Assembly: GCA_965205485.1 (NCBI GenBank)
Contig: OZ242180.1
Span: forward strand, 2,592,001-2,656,000
Reading direction: 5' to 3'
Source: Candidatus Latescibacterota bacterium
GTDB lineage: Bacteria; Latescibacterota; UBA2968; GCA-2709665
DNA: 64,000 nucleotides
The translations under genes were made by a program, and so were the position numbers. A model generated the notes under the pieces. That model was not told the DNA's origin. It saw only the letters and a list, made by a program, of their open reading frames with translations, and searched no databases. Below, piece after piece: positions 57,613 through 64,000 of the stretch; position 1 is the first letter of the stretch, and each line of letters opens with the position of its first letter.

Positions 57613-59058
57613 ATGGCAATGGAAGCGGGCGGGTCGACCGCGCGGATGCACGGACGGTGGCTGATTCCGGCCGTATGCCTCGCGCAGCTTTCGCTGATCG
57701 CGCTGCCCGCCTGGCGCTTCGGCGAGGTGATTCCGCTAATCACCGTGAGTCTGATCGTGGTTTCCGGTATCGCCCTTTTGACCTCAGTAACATCCGCGCT
57801 CCTGTATCTCTGCTTCATCGCCTCCGTAATCTCCTCCGAGTTCTACGAAGAGCATCTCATGTTGCCGGGGAATATGCATTTCTGCGAGGCGCTGTTCCTG
57901 GTGGTATGGGGGGTGGCGTTTGTCGCCTGGCTGCAGGAACGGAATCTGAGCTGGCGGCGCACCCGGCTGGATCGTCCGATGCTGGTATTTCTCGGGCTGG
58001 TGGCGGCCTCGATAGGACTGGGTCTGTTTTACGGGCAGGACGTTCGGCAGGTGATGCGGGACGTTCGATATCCGCTTTACTACGTGCTGTTCTTCGTCGC
58101 AACGGGCTTTTTCGACCTGCGCAGGCGCGGGACGTTTCTGGCCGTGCTGGTGATTTCCGCGGCCGTCGTGGGGGTCGAGTACCTGATTGAATTCGTCCGG
58201 ACCGTCGATCTCTCGTACGCAGGCGCATTCTACCGTGTAGCAAGGCGCGAGGGGCTGCTGCTGCCGATGGGCGTTCTGGTTATTGCGGCGGCTTTCCTGT
58301 ACGACACGTCGCCGGTTCGGCGCATGGTCGGCGGTCTACTCATGGTTCCCATCGGTCTTGCGCTGGTTGTCACGATGGGACGCGCAATGTGGGGCAGCCT
58401 GCTGTTCGGTCTGTTCTGCCTGGGGGGACTGGTTCTGCTGGACCGCGGCAGGCATCGCGGGCGGCGGCTTCTGATATTGTTGATGATTCCCGTTTTGCTG
58501 CTGGGCCTGGGTTATTATTTCCAGCAGTTTACCGGCGCCGGCGTCGAGGATATGGCGGCTCACCGTCTGCGGCGTACCGTAACCGAGGGTGACCTGGAGA
58601 TCCAGGGGCGACTGCTGGCGTACGCGCTGGCGCTGGAGAAGATATGGCAGCGTCCATTACTGGGTGGAGGACACGGAACCACGATTTCATATCTGCGGGT
58701 CGACGAGTACTCCCGGCCGTATATATTTACGTCCGGAGGCGTAGACAATACCTATCTGACGATCATGATGCGCATGGGGGTTGTGGGCGTGATCGCCTTT
58801 CTCTGGATATTTGCCAGGGGACTGCGGATCGCCTACGGCTTGTTTCGCCGCTCGGACGATCCGCGGCTGAAGGGGTTTTGCGTTGCGTTTCTCGCGGTCT
58901 ACGCGGCGCTGCTGGTGTATATTGTCACCGACAATACGATGATGGGCAACCGTCTGATCTTCTGGCATGCGTGTTTTCTCGGCATTCTGGCCCGTTTGGA
59001 TGGAGAGGCGGATGAAACCCGCGGTGACGGCGGTGGTGGTGAACTGGAATTCGGGTGA
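57613..59058 (+). CDS. O-antigen ligase/polymerase family protein
   Basis: Polytopic; T.GRA.W, RPLLGGG.G, DNTYL......G.VG. Confidence 0.8.
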   Translation: MAMEAGGSTARMHGRWLIPAVCLAQLSLIALPAWRFGEVIPLITVSLIVVSGIALLTSVTSALLYLCFIASVISSEFYEEHLMLPGNMHFCEALFLVVWGVAFVAWLQERNLSWRRTRLDRPMLVFLGLVAASIGLGLFYGQDVRQVMRDVRYPLYYVLFFVATGFFDLRRRGTFLAVLVISAAVVGVEYLIEFVRTVDLSYAGAFYRVARREGLLLPMGVLVIAAAFLYDTSPVRRMVGGLLMVPIGLALVVTMGRAMWGSLLFGLFCLGGLVLLDRGRHRGRRLLILLMIPVLLLGLGYYFQQFTGAGVEDMAAHRLRRTVTEGDLEIQGRLLAYALALEKIWQRPLLGGGHGTTISYLRVDEYSRPYIFTSGGVDNTYLTIMMRMGVVGVIAFLWIFARGLRIAYGLFRRSDDPRLKGFCVAFLAVYAALLVYIVTDNTMMGNRLIFWHACFLGILARLDGEADETRGDGGGGELEFG

Positions 59059-59974
59059 CGACCTCCGCAGGTGCGTCGCGAGCCTGATGGCGGTAACCGA
59101 GCGTCTGCCGCTGGACGTGGTCGTGGTGGACAACGCGTCGTCGGATGGAAGTCCTGACACGCTGGAGACCTTCGGCGACGCTGTGAGCCTGGTTGAGACG
59201 GGAGGGAACATCGGGTTCGGCAGCGGCGTCAACCGGGGGGTGCAGCGATGCACCGCTCCATATATTCTCGTCCTGAACCCGGACGTGTCGGTTTCGCCGG
59301 ATACGGTTGAACGCCTGTTGGATTTTCTTGAAGCCAATGACCGGGTCGGCGTGGTAGGGCCGCGGCTTGTCGACGAGCGAGGTCATGCGCAGCGGTCCTT
59401 CGGCAGGGCGCCCCGACTGGCTGGCGAAATCTGCCGTAAATTCCTGTTGCATCTTGTACTTCCATTTCTTAAATTCGGCTGCCGGATCTCACGCTGGCCG
59501 ACTTCGGTGGGCTGGGTGACGGGTGCCTGTTTCCTTACGCGTCGCAGCGCCTTCGGCGCGGTCGGCGGTATGGACGACGCTATATTCATGTATTATGAAG
59601 ACGTTGACCTCTGCCTCAGGCTTGGTAAGGCCGGGTGGTCCGTGGCCTATCTGCCGGAGGCTTGCGCATTCCATGCGGGAGGCGGAAGTTCAAAAAGGGC
59701 GCTCGAACGGATGCTGGTGGAGGGCGTGGCGAGTCATATCTATGTTATGAAAAAACACCTGGGAGATCACGCGGGTCGCCTTTTGGCCGCACTGACGTTT
59801 CCGGAGATGGTTTTAAGAACGCTGCTCTGGGGAGGTCTGTTTTTATTGCCCGGATTCAGGAAGGAAGCCGGACCAAGGCTCAGGGCGTACAGACGGGTTC
59901 TGGCCCGGTGCATTACAGGTCGCGGCGACTTCGGTTCCGGGTGGGGAAGTGCGGGTCCGAAGGAGATTTCATGA
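59012..59974 (+). CDS. GT2 glycosyltransferase (rhamnosyltransferase-like)
   Basis: VVNWNS, VVDNASSDGS, NIGFG...N, LNPD, FMYYEDVDLC. Confidence 0.92.
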   Translation: MKPAVTAVVVNWNSGDDLRRCVASLMAVTERLPLDVVVVDNASSDGSPDTLETFGDAVSLVETGGNIGFGSGVNRGVQRCTAPYILVLNPDVSVSPDTVERLLDFLEANDRVGVVGPRLVDERGHAQRSFGRAPRLAGEICRKFLLHLVLPFLKFGCRISRWPTSVGWVTGACFLTRRSAFGAVGGMDDAIFMYYEDVDLCLRLGKAGWSVAYLPEACAFHAGGGSSKRALERMLVEGVASHIYVMKKHLGDHAGRLLAALTFPEMVLRTLLWGGLFLLPGFRKEAGPRLRAYRRVLARCITGRGDFGSGWGSAGPKEIS

Positions 59975-61086
59975 TTCCCATCTGGCGGGCCTGTTTCGAC
60001 GAAGAGGAAGTAGCGGCGGTTCGCGAGGTGATGCTGTCCGGCTGGGTAGGGGCCGGCACGAAGGCCGCGGCTTTCGAAAAACGGTTCGCCGAGTATATCG
60101 GGACGTCATATGCCGTGAGCGTAAATTCGTGCTCGTCGGCATTGCTGCTGGCGCTCCAGGTGCTGGGAGTGGAGGGTCGCGAGGTCCTGACGACCTCCAT
60201 GACCTTCGTCGCCACCAACCATGCCATTCTGCAGAACGGGGCCACGCCGGTTTTTTGCGACATCGATCCCGATACCTTGAACCTGGACCCGGATTGCGTG
60301 GCGAGGCGGATATCGGACAGAACGGCCGCGATTATGGTTGTGCATCACAGCGGCCACCCCTGCGACATGGATCCGATTCTGGAAATCGCCGCGACCCGGG
60401 ACATTCCGATTGTGGAAGATGCCGCCCACGCCTGCGGCGCCCGGTACAAAGGCCGGATGGTTGGCGGTTTGGGAAGGATCGGGTGTTTCAGCTTCCAGGC
60501 GCAGAAGAACCTGACGACCTGCGACGGGGGTATGCTCACGACAGACGATGCGCAACTGGCCGAACGACTCAAACGGCTCAGCTGGATGGGCATCCCGCAG
60601 GGCACCTGGGACCGGTTTACGGCAGGGCCGCAGCAGAAACGCTGGTTATACGAAGTGACCGAAGTAGGTCACAAGTTTTACATGAACGATCTGAATGCGG
60701 CGATCGGGTTGGTCCAGCTGGCGAGGCTGGAGTCGGCCAACGCCCAGCGTCGGGAAATCGTCCAGCAATACAACAAGGCGTTTGCCGATCTGGCGTGGCT
60801 TCGGACGCCCGGGATTGCGCCGTACGCACGCAGCGCCTTCCATGCCTACGTGCCGCGCGTGGCGGACAGGGATAATCTGGTCGCCCATCTGCACGGGCGG
60901 GACGTCGATTCCAGCGTACACTATTATCCGAACCATCTCTACCCGATCCACGAACCGTATCGTTGTGCGCTGCCGGTAACCGAGTCGGTGTGGCGCGAAC
61001 TGGTGACGCTTCCGCTCTATCCGGCCATGACGAACACGGACGTGGCTCAGGTTATCGACGCTGTCCGGAGCTTTCAACCCAGATGA
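59971..61086 (+). CDS. DegT/DnrJ/EryC1/StrS nucleotide-sugar aminotransferase
   Basis: EDAAHACG, FSFQAQKNLTTCDGG; AAGGAG RBS. Confidence 0.93.
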   Translation: MIPIWRACFDEEEVAAVREVMLSGWVGAGTKAAAFEKRFAEYIGTSYAVSVNSCSSALLLALQVLGVEGREVLTTSMTFVATNHAILQNGATPVFCDIDPDTLNLDPDCVARRISDRTAAIMVVHHSGHPCDMDPILEIAATRDIPIVEDAAHACGARYKGRMVGGLGRIGCFSFQAQKNLTTCDGGMLTTDDAQLAERLKRLSWMGIPQGTWDRFTAGPQQKRWLYEVTEVGHKFYMNDLNAAIGLVQLARLESANAQRREIVQQYNKAFADLAWLRTPGIAPYARSAFHAYVPRVADRDNLVAHLHGRDVDSSVHYYPNHLYPIHEPYRCALPVTESVWRELVTLPLYPAMTNTDVAQVIDAVRSFQPR

Positions 61087-61129
61087 CGGGACGCCCGCGC
61101 TGATCCCGCTCGCAATCAGGAAGTACGAC

Positions 61130-62104
61130 GTGTTGTCCTCCGCTCTGTTTCTCGCATTCGGCTTCGGTAGCGCCCTGTTGCTGACGCCTCTTCTTCGTGC
61201 CGTCGCGTTGCGCGCCTCGTGGTTGAATTCCGGCGCCGGAAAGGGTGCGGAGCCGGTTCCTCCCATCGGCGGCGTGGCCATCGCGATTGCAACCCTGCTG
61301 CTGCTTCCCTTTGCGCCGCTGTCGTTTCCAGCCGGCCTGTGGATCGGCGCGCTCGGAATGGGCGCGATCGGATTCTTCGACGACAAACGGCCGCTGTCGC
61401 CCTTCCAGAAGCTCGGGTTTCAGATATTCACGGTTGTCATTGCGGTCGGGGGCGGGCTTCGGTTCGACACAACGGGGAGTACCGTCGTTGACGCCGTGCT
61501 GACCGGCGTCTGGCTGGTCTGGATGTGTAACGCGTTTAACGTCCTCGACATGATGGACGGTCTTTCCGCTGGCGCCGGAGCCATTGCTTCTATCGGCCTT
61601 GCGGGTCTCGGGCTGGTTGGCGGTGCGGCGCCGGTTGTAATACTGGGCGCCAGCCTGGCGGGAGGTTTTCTGGGGTTTCTGGTATACAATGCCTATCCCG
61701 CCCGGGTCTACATGGGCGATGCCGGCAGTCTGTTTGCCGGGTTTGTGCTTGGCGCAATGTCTGTCGAGATTTCCAGAGCCATGACGGGCGTGCAGGGTGA
61801 ACTCTGCGCGATACTGGTGCTGGGGGTGCCCTGTTTCGAAGCCGTCTTCCTGTGTATCGTGAGGCGGAGGAAGGGCCTGCCCGTGATGAGGGCAAGCCGG
61901 GACCACGTTGCGCAACGGCTGGTCGGTATGGGATATTCAGTCAGGGGCGCGGTACGGCGTATTCACCTTGCCGGCGGGCTGCTGGCCCTGTGCGGAATCG
62001 TGGCGGCCGTCGTGCCGGCCGTGATTTGCTTCGCGATTATCGTTTGTGTGATTGTGGCGGCGGTATGGACCGGCGTGCGGTTGGCCCGTGTGGAGACCGC
62101 ATAA
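61130..62104 (+). CDS. WecA/TagO (MraY-family) polyprenyl-phosphate sugar-1-phosphate transferase
   Basis: P.IGG, GFFDD, NAFNVLDMMDGL, YMGDAGS, RDH. Confidence 0.9.
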   Translation: MLSSALFLAFGFGSALLLTPLLRAVALRASWLNSGAGKGAEPVPPIGGVAIAIATLLLLPFAPLSFPAGLWIGALGMGAIGFFDDKRPLSPFQKLGFQIFTVVIAVGGGLRFDTTGSTVVDAVLTGVWLVWMCNAFNVLDMMDGLSAGAGAIASIGLAGLGLVGGAAPVVILGASLAGGFLGFLVYNAYPARVYMGDAGSLFAGFVLGAMSVEISRAMTGVQGELCAILVLGVPCFEAVFLCIVRRRKGLPVMRASRDHVAQRLVGMGYSVRGAVRRIHLAGGLLALCGIVAAVVPAVICFAIIVCVIVAAVWTGVRLARVETA

Positions 62105-62123
62105 ATGGTGAAGGAGCGGCCGG

Positions 62124-63578
62124 ATGGCCGACCTGCGTCGCACAACCGTCCGGGGTTTCTCGTGGACCAGCCTGGCACAGGGCTCCGGGTATCTGATTCA
62201 GGTGGGCGCGCTGGGGTTGGTGGTGCGGCATCTGAGCGAACCGTCCAGGGCTTTCGGTACGGAGGTCGCCGCAGCCACTCTCGTGGGCGTGGGGATACTG
62301 GCCTCGGAAATGGGTCTTGGAAGAGCCCTCATTCAGAAGCGCGATGCGCACGAAGCGCATCTGGCCGCGGCGTTCTGGATGGGCCTGACCGTCTCGTGTC
62401 CGCTGGCCGCCCTCCTCTATCTGACCGCCCGCTTCTGGGGCGGGCTTTTTTTTGCTGATCCACAGGTTTCCGCGGTTCTCCCGGCTATGGCGTCGGTGCT
62501 GGTCTTCGCGGGCATTGGTACCGTTCCCCGGGCACAGATGGAGCGTAACTTTCGCTTCGGACAGTTGGCGATTCTGGATGTCTTCGCGGCGGTCTCGAGC
62601 GGAATTGCGATGGTGTCGCTGGCCCTGTGGGGATTCGAGGTGTGGAGTCTCGTCTGGGCCTTTGTGGTCCGCCATGCGGTTCTGGGTCTGGGTCCCTGGA
62701 TTTTCTGCCCTTTCAACCCTGTCCGGTCCTTCAAGGCCGTGGATGCCCGGGTATTGATCGGGTTCGGAGGCAAGTGGACGGGTTCAAGGCTGGTGGGCTA
62801 TGTCCAGCAGAACCTGGACTATCTGCTGATCGGCAGATTCCTCGGGATCGAGGCGCTGGGCTATTACGGACTGGCGTACCGCCTCATCGCATTTCCGCAG
62901 ACCCGCGTGGTTCAGGCCGTTGCAAAGGTGACCTTTCCGGCCTTCTCCGCTCTCCAGGATGACGTCGTCCGGCTTGGCCGGGCCTATCTCTCCACTGTGA
63001 AGTACATCGCCATACTCGTGTTTCCGATTATGGCGGGATTCTTCCTTCTGGCGCATCCCGGGCTCGTATTGCTGTTCGAACCGGAGATGGCTCCCGCGAC
63101 GGTGGTACTTCAGGTACTCAGTCCGGCCGGAGCGCTTCGTTCCGTCGCGTCCCCCGCCGGATTGGTCTTTTCAGCCCTGGGCCGTACCGGTCTTGCGCTG
63201 ATATGGAATACCGCCTGCGCCGTCTTTATGCTCGCGGCACTTTGGATCGGCATCTCCGGTGGGATAACGGGAGCCGCGCTGGCGGTGAGCCTGGGCGTGC
63301 TGGTCCTGACCGTGGCTTCGCAGGGAATCGTGAACCGGCTGGCGCGGATTTCATTTGGAGAGTACCTCCGGGCGCTGTATCCCGGCGCGCTGGGCAGTGT
63401 ACTGATGACGGGGGTGGTAGCCGGTTACAAATGGCTGGTGACTGGCGTACTGCCCGATACCACGCTGGTTGCGTCCTGCGTTGTTGCTGGTGCGCTTGCC
63501 TACCCGCTCGCGCTACGTTTTTTCTCGGCCGGGACCGCCGCGGAGGCATTGCGTCTGGCCGGATTGATCCGGCGTTAG
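62124..63578 (+). CDS. Wzx/WzxC-like polysaccharide flippase
   Basis: G..W, GLGRALIQ, DYLLIGRFLG...LGYY..AY, V.FP.FS..Q. Confidence 0.9.
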   Translation: MADLRRTTVRGFSWTSLAQGSGYLIQVGALGLVVRHLSEPSRAFGTEVAAATLVGVGILASEMGLGRALIQKRDAHEAHLAAAFWMGLTVSCPLAALLYLTARFWGGLFFADPQVSAVLPAMASVLVFAGIGTVPRAQMERNFRFGQLAILDVFAAVSSGIAMVSLALWGFEVWSLVWAFVVRHAVLGLGPWIFCPFNPVRSFKAVDARVLIGFGGKWTGSRLVGYVQQNLDYLLIGRFLGIEALGYYGLAYRLIAFPQTRVVQAVAKVTFPAFSALQDDVVRLGRAYLSTVKYIAILVFPIMAGFFLLAHPGLVLLFEPEMAPATVVLQVLSPAGALRSVASPAGLVFSALGRTGLALIWNTACAVFMLAALWIGISGGITGAALAVSLGVLVLTVASQGIVNRLARISFGEYLRALYPGALGSVLMTGVVAGYKWLVTGVLPDTTLVASCVVAGALAYPLALRFFSAGTAAEALRLAGLIRR

Positions 63579-63724
63579 CAGTCCGTTGATAAAGTCGCTC
63601 TGCAGGCGAGGTCGAAGACAAGGCGCGCAACCGAGTCCCATCCTGCGATTCGGCGAGGGAGCGCAACGCAGTATTTCGACCGCAAGAGCCGGCCGCAGCC
63701 CGGATGGACTTTTTCAACGGGCTG
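63579..63724 (+). mobile_element. MITE family A, copy 3 (146 bp)
   Basis: Same ends as 24360-24519 with a 14-bp net internal deletion; TTAG on both flanks. Confidence 0.88.
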
Positions 63725-63737
63725 TTAGGATATGGAT

Positions 63738-64000
63738 ATGTCTCGACTGCCGGATTTCCTGATTATCGGCGCCCAGAAATGCGGAACGAGTTGGCTGGCG
63801 GCCATGCTGCGGCAGCACCCCGAGGTGTACATGCCCGAACAGGAGATTCACTTCTTCGACAAGGCCGGCAATTACGAAAAGGGGATGGATTGGTATACGA
63901 GTCATTTCTCGCGGGCTGAAGACAGCAGACGCGCAGGTGAGAAGACGCCGGATTATTTCTGGGCCGACGGACGGGGAGGTGAAGGTCATTTGCCGGACGT
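63738..64000 (+). CDS. PAPS-dependent sulfotransferase, N-terminal part (runs off the right edge)
   Basis: Manual translation MSRLPDFLIIGAQKCGTSWL...QHPEV...EIHFFD...GEKTPDY; absent from the ORF track. Confidence 0.9.
   Translation, partial: MSRLPDFLIIGAQKCGTSWLAAMLRQHPEVYMPEQEIHFFDKAGNYEKGMDWYTSHFSRAEDSRRAGEKTPDYFWADGRGGEGHLPD

Overview
GC-rich bacterial chromosomal window. The gene content (GWxTD-type, DUF6785-like, DUF2723, short RpoD-type sigma, PVM-like microcompartment) suggests a Latescibacterota/Gemmatimonadota-like organism; this is inference only. All product calls are from motif recognition by eye, with no database search. Layout: (i) 0.6-15.2 kb, a twice-repeated module of homocysteine-S-methyltransferase-family gene(s), a GH109-like NAD oxidoreductase and a ~660-aa polytopic membrane protein. 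One methyltransferase paralog has lost its Zn-binding cysteines. An IS481 element with a frameshifted start and a cluster of REP and simple repeats lie between the two copies. (ii) 15.4-33.3 kb, an uncharacterised amino-sugar/glycan-processing cluster, split by a decaying toxin-antitoxin islet and a cadherin-like protein gene. (iii) 33.7-45.6 kb, housekeeping and envelope genes. (iv) 45.6-55.5 kb, a PVM-like bacterial microcompartment locus (PduL, 2 BMC-H, 3 BMC-P, aldehyde dehydrogenase, class II aldolase, acetate kinase). It contains a GT-C glycosyltransferase gene, three copies of a MITE (one read in frame inside a signal peptide) and a candidate sRNA/attenuator. (v) 55.9-64 kb, a divergently transcribed surface-polysaccharide locus ending in a sulfotransferase. 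No rRNA, tRNA or CRISPR array was seen.
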